Part shown: piece by piece, positions 41,319 to 54,558 of the stretch
Position numbering within the stretch: the first letter of the stretch is position 1
Layout of the letters: the number at the start of each line of letters is the position of its first letter
The notes under the pieces: generated by a model
Seen by the model: only the letters and a program-made list of their open reading frames with translations
Database searches by the model: none
Told to the model about the DNA's origin: nothing
Source of the DNA: Octopus vulgaris
Lineage: Eukaryota
Direction of reading: 5' to 3'
DNA length: 64,000 bases
Assembly: GCA_951406725.2 (NCBI GenBank)
Contig: OX597836.1
Coordinates: 868,001-932,000 of the forward strand
Translations under genes and position numbers: made by a program

Positions 41319-41420
41319 CGCACTTATCAAAATGGCTGTCAGAAAGTTGACGTCGAGTGCTCAATCAGGCGCCAATAACTCCACGCCGTACCACGTGTGT
41401 GAAGACGTTGTGCGGTGTTG
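41319..41420 (+). other. Candidate 102-nt exon
   Basis: About 100-nt CT tract then AAG acceptor; TTG|GTGAGT donor; one open frame ALIKMAVRKLTSSAQSGANNSTPYHVCEDVVRC with aaaATGG. Confidence 0.3.
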
Positions 41421-41950
41421 GTGAGTACACGTTCCCAGGAGTAACGACATCGGCTCGGGTCGATACCAGATTTTTGGCAGTATAGGTCATATACATACAT
41501 GCCTCCGTCTTAGGAACGCAAACGCAAGTTTCTGTGTGTGTGTGTGCATCTATCTATATATATATATAACACGCATCTATTTATATATATATATAACAAA
41601 ATTCCCCCTATTTCCCTGACACTAAGTTGTGGAGGTCACAGAAAATGGTGGAAGGTGACCGCACCGAATGACACGTGGAGACTGTCTGTGTGTCTGTGTG
41701 TACCCTATGACGAGTGATATGGGGGTGGTAGTAGGAAATGGAGAGGGTGGCAAGGGAGAGACAACAACTGGTTGTATATAGACGAGAGGGTGAGGTAGCT
41801 TGCTAGAGACGAATCAGTTGGCCATTTGAGGCGACCCCTGAGAGACGTCGACCGAACCTTACGTACGACCGCGGTCACGTGACTGCACGTGCATGTCGTT
41901 ATTAGGACTGGTTTGTCGTGGGCGGAATGTGTTTTTTATGCATGTATCTT

Positions 41951-42342
41951 TTACCTTTTACTTCTTTTAGTCATTGGATTGCGGCCATGCTGGGGCACCA
42001 CTTTGAAAGATTTAAGGCGAACGACTACCCATAGCACTTATTTTTTAAAGCCATGTACTTTTCCTATCGATTTCTTTGTGCCAAACCGCCAAGTTACGGG
42101 GACGTAAACAAACCAGCACCGGTTGTCAAGCGGTGGTTGGGGACAAACAAAAGACACACACACACACACACACATATATAGGAGGGCTTCTTTCAGTTTC
42201 CGTCTGCCAAATGCACCCATAGGGATTTTGTTGACCATAGACTGCAGCAGAAAATACTTGTCCAAGGTGCCACGCAGTGGGATTGAATCCGGAAATTATG
42301 TGGTTGAAAAGCAAACTTCTTATCACACAGCCATACCTGCGC
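41951..42342 (-). mobile_element. tRNA-derived SINE family A, full length
   Basis: Reverse complement of the family A head, body and tail (gcggccatgctggggcacc; ggacgtaaac; cagtttccgtctgccaaa; caaggtgccacgcagtggga). Confidence 0.85.
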
Positions 42343-42370
42343 TTACACATATCCACCACCACCACCACCA

Positions 42371-42406
<36 letters not shown>

Positions 42407-42628
42407 CATAATGATAGTTATATATATATATATATATATATAATCATCTTTCTTGTTTCTTAACTTGTAAACACTGTTATAGGGAATATTGGTTTTCTAA
42501 TCTCAGGATAGCACACATATATTATGTTGGATTTTCTGACAGCCTTCGCCAAAAATGGGCTCAAAAAAGCACGTAGAATTGCGTCAAATCTTGCATCAAA
42601 AATTAGTATTTTTATTTTGAGACGAAAT

Positions 42629-42678
<50 letters not shown>

Positions 42679-42684
42679 CATCTT

Positions 42685-42810
42685 TCGAATTTGGGCACAA
42701 AAATTGTGAAGGGAGGGAACAAATCAATTACATCGACCCCAGTGCTTCACTGGTACTTTATTAAACCGATCTCAAAAGTTTGAAAGGCGAAGTTGACTTT
42801 GGCGGGATTG
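42685..42810 (-). mobile_element. SINE family B 3' fragment
   Basis: attacatcgaccccagtgcttcactggtacttta...gaaaggcgaagttgactttggcgg. Confidence 0.7.
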
Positions 42811-44154
42811 TGTGTGTGTGTGTAATGGGGGTGGGGATGATTATGGAGGCTAACCTCGAGTAGAAGGGCGAAGAGATAGAGGCAGGTAAAACTTAGTAGC
42901 GATTGACTGAAGTGGACATTGGCGATGCAGGGGGAGTGAAATGGTCGGAGGTGGTGGTGGTGGGACCTCTGAAAGGGAGTTGGGGTGAGTGGACCATGGA
43001 TGTGTTGTGAGCAACGAGGTGGGAAAGATGTGCGGAAGATGGACTGTGAGAGGTAATGAGGAGATGGGTACGAGGAGAGGCAGAAGAGTAGAGGGTGGTG
43101 GAAACGGGGTGGGTGGGGCAGGGAGGAATGTTGTGGTATGTAAAATGGTGGCGAGTGGCAGAAGGATCGGTTTATAGAGGGAACAAGGAAACGGAAGAGA
43201 GATAGAAATGAAATCAGATGAACTGATGCACACACACACACACACATGCATATATATATACATATGCGTGTGTTCATGTGTTTCCTTGTATACACGTGAG
43301 TATATATATATCTCCACACACACACACACACACACACATTCATCTGAACATACATATATATACGCCCGCTTACACTCACACAAACACGTCCAATTCTCTA
43401 CAAACTGTGCACATTAGACTTTTAGGAATATTTCAGTGTTGACGTAAGCAAATCACAATACAAACACATGTATGGAAGGAGGTGTGTACTTGAATAAATA
43501 TACATCTATCGACATACATGTACACGTGGATACAAATTTGCACACACACACACACACACGCGACGTATTTGTACAAAAGCCTTGGCCGTCACTCGCAAGC
43601 GAGTTTGACCTTGTAGCATGTGCCATATTGTCGCTAGTTTTGTGCGTGTGTATACACACATACACACCTATGCCTACACACATGCATGCATACATAAACA
43701 GACATATCTATACGCGTACGCATGAATATATATTACACGTATATACATGCACATTTATACATATGCACATATACATATACACTTGTATACACACGCTTAT
43801 GTATACACATACACACACAAAATCGTGCGTAAGTTCATCGACATTAACATGCTTATAGTTACTGTATGTAGAAGTTTGTGCATATGTACAAATAAAAGAA
43901 TGTATGTATACGTGTGTGTATGTATATATATATATGTATGTGTGTATATATATGTGTGTGTGTATATATATATGTGTGTATATATATATGTATGTATGTG
44001 TGTATATATATATATGTGTGTGTCAGCCGAAATTACTACGATGATCCGGTTCTTGACTGAAGACTGAGGGTTTCGAATGTCCTGTCCGTGTTTATTGTGT
44101 CGTCTTCTAAGAGTTATACGTTCTTGTCCATGTTGTATTTTTCTACATACCTTA

Positions 44155-44155
<1 letters not shown>

Positions 44156-44185
<30 letters not shown>

Positions 44186-44239
44186 TATGTATGTATATAT
44201 ATGTATATATATATATATATGTATGTATATATATATATG

Positions 44240-44277
<38 letters not shown>

Positions 44278-44313
44278 TATGTATGTATATATATATGTAT
44301 GTATATATGTATG

Positions 44314-44346
<33 letters not shown>

Positions 44347-44395
44347 ATATATACATACATATATATATGTATGTATGTATATATATATATATACA
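44156..44395. repeat. (TA)n/(TATG)n compound microsatellite
   Basis: Read directly. Confidence 0.9.
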
Positions 44396-44475
44396 CACAC
44401 ACACGCAGCCATATTATGCAACACTGAAACACTGCGCAGTGGCAGTTTTATTACTTTTCCGTACAACATACCTTT

Positions 44476-44515
<40 letters not shown>

Positions 44516-44799
44516 TCACACTGCGATGGAGAGGAGGTGAGTGGTGGAGGGATTCAGAAGAGGCAGACACACAAATGAAGCTGTATTGCTGGCTTCATCA
44601 AATCTAAAAGCAGTTACCACACACACACGCACACACACACACACACACACATGCGCACGCGCACACACACATACGCACACACAGTTCACCGATAAAACAT
44701 GTGCGTGGGAGCTGTTGTTCGCCAACAATTAATTAGACACGTAAATAGCAGTACAGATAGATACATACATACATACATAGATGCATACATATATACACA

Positions 44800-44831
<32 letters not shown>

Positions 44832-46612
44832 ACGTGCACACGCACACACATGCGCACACTGACTGAACACGCGAAGATGATGAAATATTTGGGCAGGAAC
44901 GAAACCAAATGGAGAAGAGAATGTCTCGTGATGACATGTCTTGCCTCTTGGATGCAGAGTCAGGTCTGTCTGTCTGTCTGTCTGTGTGTCTACTTCATTG
45001 GGCTGTCGTCAAGCGAGAATGCGACCTTGAAGTGCTTTACTCGATCAAACTTAATCCAGTCTCACTTTAATTGTTTTCTTTCTGCTGAGTTACGAAGTAA
45101 ACGAACCAACCCCGGATGTCAAAAGATGGGAAACAAAAACAAGCTCAAACCCACCCACCCCCAAATCCACCCGTTTATCCACCCATCTTGACTCTGGCAC
45201 TTCAGCATGCAAGGATGCTGTTGTGTTCGGCAGAGCAATCTGAAATAAAATAAGAAAACCAACAAACCCTTAATAAAGTCGAATACATTTAAGACTTTTT
45301 GACTGAAAGTTTATTGGAAGAATCTACGAAGGAAACAATTCAGCTAAATTAAATAACAGCCATCCTAATTCTTTGTTTAGGGCGATAACAACAACAACAA
45401 CAATAATCTATCGAGAAAATCAACCGAGCGTTTATAAGGCTTAGAGCTGAAAGTGCAATTTCAGCTGTGTCCACATTATTATTGGAGTGAAATATGTGGA
45501 GACACGTTTGGATTAGAGAGAGAGCAAACATGGATTCCTGAAGACTGAACAGAGCTCAGCAGACGATCGATGCATCGAAATTCCAATGGAATCGTATTTC
45601 GAATGAAATGCAAATTGCCCCACAAAACTTGCTCGACAGACAGTCCTAATAGGAAGGTTCTCCTCCAGATGTCTCAAATCTCAAGACAATTTAATTTGTT
45701 GTCACTTGCATTGAAATTCGGTCGACGTAACCACAGCAACATTGCGCTGTCAGGAATACATCCGTCGGATGCAATATATTGTTAGAATTTAAAAGACTCC
45801 AAAGTTCTTAGGTGATTTTTTATTTGCTCACCGTAAAATATCAGCTCTGCATAACGCATTGAGTACTCTTTACATTCGTTTGTACTTACATATGCGCGCG
45901 CGCGTATATGTAGGTAAAGACTGACAGGTAAACAAGATAAAAAGAGCAATATTTAAGATCAAAGATGGATATTTATATTTTAAATTCTATTAAAACACTG
46001 CTCTTCTCAAAGCGTTTTTCCAAAATTTCTTCTTTCCAACTTTAGGACAATTATGAGAAATGAAGCATTTGAAAGATATTTAGAAAAACATAGAGTGAAG
46101 ATTTTGGAGTAGCGAAAAAAGGTTCTCCTGGAGAAAACTGACATAAACAGAACCTCATTAGTTGATAATAATTAAGCTGTATGCGAAATATGGGAAGACA
46201 TGCAGAAAAGAGTATATCCCGGTTAGCGAAGAAAAGAAAAAAAACGAAACCGAAATAAAGTAAAGAAGAAGGAATTTCTGACTGATTTACGAAGAAATCA
46301 AAGGATCAAAGTTGAAAGCCCGACAGGAATGTCTGCACTTATCATAATGACTTTATCTATCTCTAATGAAATAGCCAAAACACTCTGAGATCACATCAAC
46401 CTGAAGATGAGATTACGAAAGTCGAGATATGAAGATAATAAAGTGAGAAAATTTATATTTCAAAACAGAGAGCTGGGAACTGACAGGAAAGTATGGGGCG
46501 GGGGGGACCCCCCTCGATTAGAGAGAGATAAATATAAAGCAGTTATTGAAGAGAGTACACACACACACACAGACAAATACATACAATAGGCATACAGCGA
46601 GATATATATATA

Positions 46613-46652
<40 letters not shown>

Positions 46653-47082
46653 TGGATGGATGGATGGATGGATGGAGAATGTGCGTTTCATGTGGATGAC
46701 TGGGCAGAAGATTTAATGCTTTCTATTTGGAGGCGTCTGTGAGGCCATTGTAATTATTCTGGTGGAACCGGTAAAGAAAGGAAGCAACAACAACAACAAC
46801 AACAATAGTAATGTTAATAAGGATAATTCAACAATGACAGCAAAAAGCTATTTTGGAATGGCTTAGTCACGTGATATAATCAGCTGCTGGCTCCGAAACA
46901 GCAAACAAGCACATATATTCATACACACACCTGCGCAACACACACACGTAAGCGTGTATGTATACACAGACATACATATGTGTATGAAAGTATGTATGTG
47001 TGTATACACACGCGCGCGCGCACACATAAACACACTTATGTCTACACAGACATATTGGCCTCGAGATATACATTCCCTACAC

Positions 47083-47370
47083 TCGTTGAATGACAGCCTC
47101 TGAATGTCCATTCAGATGACCGTTTGCTTTCAGAGACCAGATCTGTTGCCATCTGCACTGCAAATATTTAGAAAGAAAAGCTGGACCGAACTCCTTCGCT
47201 GCTTGTTTTTACATGTCACATTCATCGAGAAGGCGCTTTGTCTACTAATTACATGGGTGATATTAATCTATAGAGGCTTATCAACCGCCATAATAAAGAA
47301 TAGGTGAATAATGTATGTTATCCACTTATTACACTGCAGGTGATGACTATAAGGTGGTGTCTATGCGTGT

Positions 47371-47414
<44 letters not shown>

Positions 47415-47611
47415 TGTACATATAAAGACAAAGGTACGTGTGTTAGGCCTTATAATGTGTGCATGCGTATGACAGGTTTGAATAGAGAACAGGAAACTCG
47501 TTTGAACTTCATGAATAATCATTATTTAGGAACTTTTTAATGAATCCACATGTTTCCACTATGTTACTCATTAGTGTCTTCACAAATAAACGCACGTGTT
47601 CACATGCATGC

Positions 47612-47664
<53 letters not shown>

Positions 47665-47750
47665 TAGATATATAATCGTTGAATTAAAGCCTGTGAATGT
47701 CCATTTAGTTGACCGTTTGCATTCAAGGACCAGATCTGTTGCCATCTGCA
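47083..47750. repeat. Direct duplication of a 75-bp unique segment (47083-47157 and 47676-47750)
   Basis: Ungapped, 8 differences in 75 bp. Confidence 0.9.
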
Positions 47751-47768
47751 TGTATACACACACACACA

Positions 47769-47822
<54 letters not shown>

Positions 47823-48747
47823 CATAAATACATATTTAAATATGTATATAAATATATATACATACATACATAAAAAGTCACTTATAGATGAATACATATT
47901 TATTTTCAAATATATATTCATGTGTGAATGTGTGTGCGTGTGTAAGAATATCGCTGTATACACGTACACACATTCTCGTATTTATAATGTGTGTATATAT
48001 ATACTTTCATACACACATACATACAAACATATACATAGCTATTTGTGTGTGTTTGTGTATGTACATACACACACATTTATATACATACATATATATATAT
48101 ATGTATACTTGTATATCGATATGTCCATGCACACCCCACCCCACCCAGCCTCACATACAGGTCTACGGTCATCTGGACTTATTTCGTCTCTCATTAGCGA
48201 CCGCATCTCATCTCTCAACTGGTCAACTTAACAAACGATGAACTTATCTTCTGAAAAACAAAAATCAATTATGAATGGTGTAAAGATATTTTTATTGCTA
48301 AAGATTTGCTGTTCATGATTGATAGATCTCCGCTATATCGATCATTTTTCAATCAGAACAATTCTCATAAAATTACTGGGAGTCAATCAACAGAGCTTCT
48401 TCCACAGATCAAAGACGTCACACCAGCCTTCTCACCGTCCCCACCAACACCACTCGCACTCACTATCGCCGCCACCACTAATACTAACAATCTGACCCAC
48501 AGGTGGAGCCACGTTACATTCTTTTGCACCCACCTGCTCTCAAGTAAAAATATAGACACAAATATTTACACTCATAGAAATACACGTGCATCCTCACACA
48601 CGTGTGTATGTGTGTGAGTATATATGTCCCTGTGTCTGTATGTATATGTGCATTCGAGTGTATGAGTGAGTGTATGTACACTTCGCTGGAAATCTAAACG
48701 TGCCATACACAAACGACTGCAACTATTTATATACCAAGAGATACTTA

Positions 48748-48778
<31 letters not shown>

Positions 48779-49447
48779 CTAGTATATATACAAATAGACA
48801 CACATACACACATGTGTGTGTGTATGGCGACAGAAATACACATCATACATTATGTATACACAACCCACATAGACGTACACATATAAAAAGCGACGCACAG
48901 CAAATTTACACACACACACACATAAACACACCAGACACACACACACGCAAAGTATGTTGAAAAATGTCTTCTGGCAAAAATAAACAATGAACCTGTCTAA
49001 CAAACTGGTTCAGGTGGAACCGTTTACACAGCCTGTGCGCGCGCGCGCGAGTGTGTGGAGTATATATATGTATATAGATATGTGTGTGTGTGTGTGTGTG
49101 TGAGGATGTTTTCATTTTCCCTGGGAACATAGCTACTTTATAGTTTCCAAGGCTGACATTCAGAGTTAGTAGAAAAAAAGCACTCTATTATTATTATTAT
49201 TATAATAGTAGTAGTAGTAGTATCTTTGTTAGTAGTAGTAGTAGTTGAATGTCTTGGGACCAGCCAGGTAAGTTTAGTGAAAAACTTCCGGGGGCGATTG
49301 CGTGGTGATGTTGGTGGTGGTGGCAGTGGGGACGATGTAAAGAGGTGATAGTCATGGCGGTGGCGGCGGCGGTTTACTGTTTGGAGGAGTGGAGGACGAA
49401 GGGCTTCGAAAAGCAAGGAGGAAATAAAGGAGCAATAAGATGACTAG

Positions 49448-49483
<36 letters not shown>

Positions 49484-49794
49484 CAGACATACGGAGACCG
49501 ACAGAGGTTTACACAGAGACACATAAAGAAAACGGTGTGTAACGACACTCGCACACCGAGGCATACACGTAAGTAAGCACACTGATGAACACACATACAC
49601 CCACCCTCCTATGGAGGAAGAGGAAGAGAGAAAGCGAGAGAGAGAGAGAGAGAGAGAGAGAATACAAAATGGCGTAAAAATCTGTTAGTAATTAATGAAT
49701 TAAAGATAAAACAAGGAAGTTCTACAAATTCAGCAAAAATGGCGACATCAACAATTTTTACACAATAACATCTGAAATGAGCCAATGAAAATGC

Positions 49795-49955
49795 CTCTAT
49801 GTAGTCGCTTCAACTGCTGGAAATAGCAAACAAACCTGCCTCAAAGAACACGTAAAGCACATGGGATAATGGAGTCGTAAATATATTAAGAAAAAGCTGG
49901 GATGGTCTAGGCTGGAGCAATTTTTGCTCTGCTCGAAATGAGCAGAAATTAAACA
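49795..49955 (-). repeat. Repeat family H copy (further remnants near 50000, 50750, 50930, 54300, 56340 and 57050)
   Basis: ctgctggaaatagcaaacaaa...gggatggtctaggctggagc. Confidence 0.6.
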
Positions 49956-50116
49956 ACTGCAACTTCTACATGAATAGGAATCAACAAGAGGGTAATTTAA
50001 GGGGCCACTCGACTCCCTGGAAATAGAAAATCTCCCTGGTATCGCTCCCTATCGCATGAGAAAGAAAAAAGAACGGAGGAACTTATCCCATTGGATAAGT
50101 GTTGTACGCAGAATAT

Positions 50117-50318
50117 CGGTTTCAAATTTCGCTACAAGACCAACAGTTTGAGGGGAGGGGTGAGTTGATTACACTGACCCCAGGACTCAATTGCTTTTAT
50201 CGATCCCGAAGATGAAAGGCAAAATCGGCCTCGGTGGAATTTGAACTCATAAAGGTAAAGTCGGATGAAATACTGATATCTTGCCAGGCGTGCTAGCGAT
50301 TCTGCCAGCTCGCCGCCT
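50117..50318 (-). mobile_element. tRNA-derived SINE family B, full length
   Basis: Minus strand begins ggcggcgagctggcagaatcgctagcacgcc...gagttcaaattccaccgagg. Confidence 0.85.
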
Positions 50319-51349
50319 TTCTTGCGTAAAATATTGTCAGTCAAAAAAAGGTGACCTAGGTTGGAAAAAACTTTTTATCGTTGGTCTGCTTCAACAGAGC
50401 TGACGAGAAGCTAAATAAAAATAGTAACAATATCACCAGCAATAATGTTACAAAGCGAAGTGAGAATCTTCATCTCACTGCCAAGAAATATTTCCCCAAA
50501 TATTTCAACAAATGTTCACCAAAAACAATATGAAAGTAGGTTACAGCTGCTCCAGTAATAAAGTGTAAAGCGAACGGCAAACAGACCACCATACAACTGC
50601 TGGAGCAGAAATCAGGACATCGAAGGCGAACACAATATATATCATGTGACCATCTTTGAGGGGCCTCTATGTGGACATTTGACATGATAAAATAGCAACC
50701 GAATTTCCCGCAAACCCTACTGGATAAAAATAGTTCTGGATACACTATTCCTACATGAAAGAGGGAATAGGTAAAGCTGGAATGCTTCTGATCAGAAGTT
50801 TGATCGGAGTCAACTCGGAGAGGAGGTCTAAAGAACACCAAGAACATTGACCAGTCACTGACCATCCACTGAAAAGCTGCCTTTTGCGATAATAACTCAA
50901 CTAAGTGAACTTCTACGCAGTCACTCGATCTACAAAGAATAGTAGTCAAATCGTCCTCAGATCTCGTTTTACTGTCTTAAAAACGGATCGAAGACTGTGA
51001 ATGTATTTGGAGATAGAAAAACGAAGACAAAAATGCAGACAGTTTATGAGCGATTATGGAAAAAAAAAAGTCCAATGTTTAGGAATAGTTGAAGATGGTA
51101 TGACTTCTGTCTTAAAGATTTCACAGCTCACACCTCCAGACGAAATCTGGTCAAAGAAAGAGACCTTATTTCCAACGTGTAGCCATGTGATCAAATCTGG
51201 TTATCATTTTGAAATTCTGAAAGGAATTTGTCGGTCTCTGGCATCAGGCAACGTTGATGCGTTCGTCCATTCGACTCAGGAGTACACTTCCCTAGATAAA
51301 GCTGTTTCCACAGAATTCTTTTTAGGAGTTGGTAGACTTGGATATTAAG

Positions 51350-51389
<40 letters not shown>

Positions 51390-51754
51390 CACACATACAC
51401 ACACACACACAAGCACACTCACACACTCAGACACACACACACAATCTCGGTGAGTAAATAAAATATTTCCATTACTGCCGAATCCAGTGGTTTAAGAAGC
51501 GACTGAAGGGAATTCCTCCCCAGCACCCCCACTCCCCACTATTGCTGAATGATCATTCGAAAGGGATGCGTCGTTTGATGACTTGACTGGTGCCACAGAA
51601 CAATTCCCGGAGCCATAAACGGTCTTTATCTCAGCATAGAAATTCTATTTATACTTGTCTCCTTGTATTTGCATGTCTTGAGTTTTGGAAACACACAACC
51701 CGCACGCGCACACACAGTCACCTTCGTACATACTTGTATGGTTAGGGTAACGTG

Positions 51755-51797
<43 letters not shown>

Positions 51798-52015
51798 TAT
51801 ATATATATATATTTATGCTTCATAATAAACAACAATGACATGTAAATCCTTTCTTCTTTGCACGAAAATATATACAAATCGTTATATTTATCACAGAACA
51901 TAGACAGACACACACACACACACACACACACACAGCCACGCTCCTACAGTGATATACAGGCGTAAATACAAGAAATGTACTTGTATAACTAATACAGATA
52001 CACATGCATGTATAC

Positions 52016-52054
<39 letters not shown>

Positions 52055-52353
52055 CAAATTATCATACAATCGTGCACACACATACATACATGAATGCAAA
52101 GAAATATACGCATACACATGATAATACACACGCTCGCACGCACACGCACACACCGACATACACACACACACACACCGACATACATACACACACACACCAA
52201 CATACACACACACACACACCAACATACACACACACACACACACCGACATACATACACACATGCATATGACGGAAATGAAAGATGATAAAGAATGCGTAGT
52301 ACACAGAAAATTTAAAAGACGAAAAGATGAAAGAAAATAAGTGTGTGTGTGCG

Positions 52354-52413
<60 letters not shown>

Positions 52414-52543
52414 TACGAGTGTGATGTCTGCATTACAGAACTCAGATAAGGGAGAGAAAAAATCTCAAAAAAACCCCACAAAACAAAAAAAAAAAACGGG
52501 GACATGAGAAAAATTTCTCAGACAAATGTCGACCTCAAGATGC

Positions 52544-52549
52544 TATAAA
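52544..52549 (+). promoter_or_regulatory. Candidate TATA box of the small microexon gene
   Basis: gcTATAAAt, with an Inr-like TCA about 25-30 nt downstream and the first coding ATG about 410 nt downstream. Confidence 0.4.
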
Positions 52550-52953
52550 TATATAGTCTCTTTGGCTCTCACACACAAACTCCCTCTAACACTGTCTCTC
52601 ACACACACATTTGCATATATGTGTCTACACACACACACACACACCCTCACACCTACCAGGAACCTATCTTCAGAGTACAACTACCAATACTACTCCTTTA
52701 ACTTCCAGCAGGTTTTCTCTCCATTTCACATTCTCAACTCTATTTATACAAACACTATTTATATTCCTCTTCGTCTTTCTTACTTTTTCAACAGATGTCA
52801 TCTCCATATTTTATCATAATGTTCAATTAAAGTTTAACACTGTTCACGCCTTCTTTCAACCATCTGGCTACAACACCGCCGCCATTCATTTGATTTATAT
52901 ATATTTATATATATATATATATATATCTGTATAGATATTGTCTTTTCTGCAAC

Positions 52954-52965
52954 ATGGCACTTCAG
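52954..52965 (+). CDS. Coding exon 1 (MALQ) of a predicted 64-aa protein
   Basis: aacATGG start context, CAG|GTAATG donor, phase 0; strong upstream acceptor at 52794 (tcttactttttcaacAG). Confidence 0.55.
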
Positions 52966-53042
52966 GTAATGTGTAAGATTTCCTACTCCATATTCATATG
53001 TATGTTGGTTCCTAAAACAAAGAATGCATATGTATGTATGTA

Positions 53043-53079
<37 letters not shown>

Positions 53080-53116
53080 ACGTATGTACGTATGTACGTA
53101 TGTATGTATGTATGTA

Positions 53117-53167
<51 letters not shown>

Positions 53168-53414
53168 AAGAAAGAAAGAGAGAGAGAACAATTCCTCGGA
53201 TTTTAAGGTTTTAGCAGAATGAATGGGAGGTGAATGGAAGCAAATGCTAAAATATAGAAATAATAATGGAAACGGTGACGTAGAAATAAAGGTTTTCGGA
53301 ATGAAATTAATTCGTGGCAATATTTTTATAAGGGTAGCAGGGTCAGAACTATCAAAAAGTCAGCTCTATCGGGATGGAATGTGGGTTAAACAACAACAAC
53401 AACAGTTCCTGCTG

Positions 53415-53451
<37 letters not shown>

Positions 53452-53702
53452 AACTACTACCACTACTAAGTACCCCACTGCACTCTCCGAAAATCTTACA
53501 CCCTTAACTGACAGATCAGTCGAAGTTTTCCACCCCAGAATCATTTGGGTTACCTAACATGGCACGACCCCGATGAATGGAGGAAGAGTTTTCTCTCCTT
53601 GATTACTGCAATTGTTCCATTAAACATTTACTATTTACTTAATTTTAAATCTGTCTTAGTCTACCCGGCCATCAGCCTGTGTGTGAATGATTTGTTTTGT
53701 TA

Positions 53703-53757
<55 letters not shown>

Positions 53758-54556
53758 CATTTTTTCAAAACACGACTATGTTTGCGTTTGATCTCTTTTA
53801 ATATGGATTTCTTTCATATTTCTTCATTAATCTGCTTGAACCAAAATGTTCTTAAATCATTGCTCCATAACATTTCGAGACTTTCGCAATCCCATTATCA
53901 AAATAAAGCACAATTAATGGTGTGTTCTTCGACAAATCTAAAAGCCTCAATAACGTCTCAATATATATTCATTTATTGAGCATTAAATACGGTACAACTG
54001 TTTCAATACGTAAGAATCTTTTTAAAGGCAGGAATGGATATGGCACTATATTCTTACTTTTGAAAACTTATGCATCGAAACAGTTGTGTATTTGCAACGG
54101 GTTTAAATCATTAAAACATCTGAGCAGCCCCTGCAGTTTCTATGTTGTGCAAAGCATCTCCGATGTTTCTCTCTCTCTCTCTCTATTTATCTACACGTAT
54201 ATAAATAGGTATATATAGAGGGTTATAGACTGATATGGATGGATATCTACACAGATAGATATAGATACCAGAAGTACTGAGTATCAGCTGTGCTGTCGCA
54301 GAAATAAGGTCCAAATTTGCCTCAAAATACGCCATACTTTCTAGAAAAAAGCAAGACGTTAGATTCGATAATGTAGCGTTCCAAGGCAGCGTAACAAGAG
54401 ATCAGTCGCGTCCTTTGCTGGAATGCTTCTGATCATAGTTTTGTTCCATCACGTTTCACTTGGCGCGTTTCACAAGCATTGCAACAAATACAAGAACACA
54501 GAGATACCAGGCCATATGGGAAATGTTAACTTGTAAAATATCAGTTTTCTCTCCAG

Positions 54557-54558
54557 GG
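54557..54558 (+). CDS. Predicted 2-nt microexon (GG), coding exon 2
   Basis: tgttaac branch-like motif, ttttctctcCAG|GG|GTGAGC; converts phase 0 to phase 2 as required by the next exon. Confidence 0.45.

Noticed and set aside
50470-51348. 159-aa and 115-aa non-microsatellite ORFs
   Set aside because: They overlap family H remnants and show no motif or codon bias.
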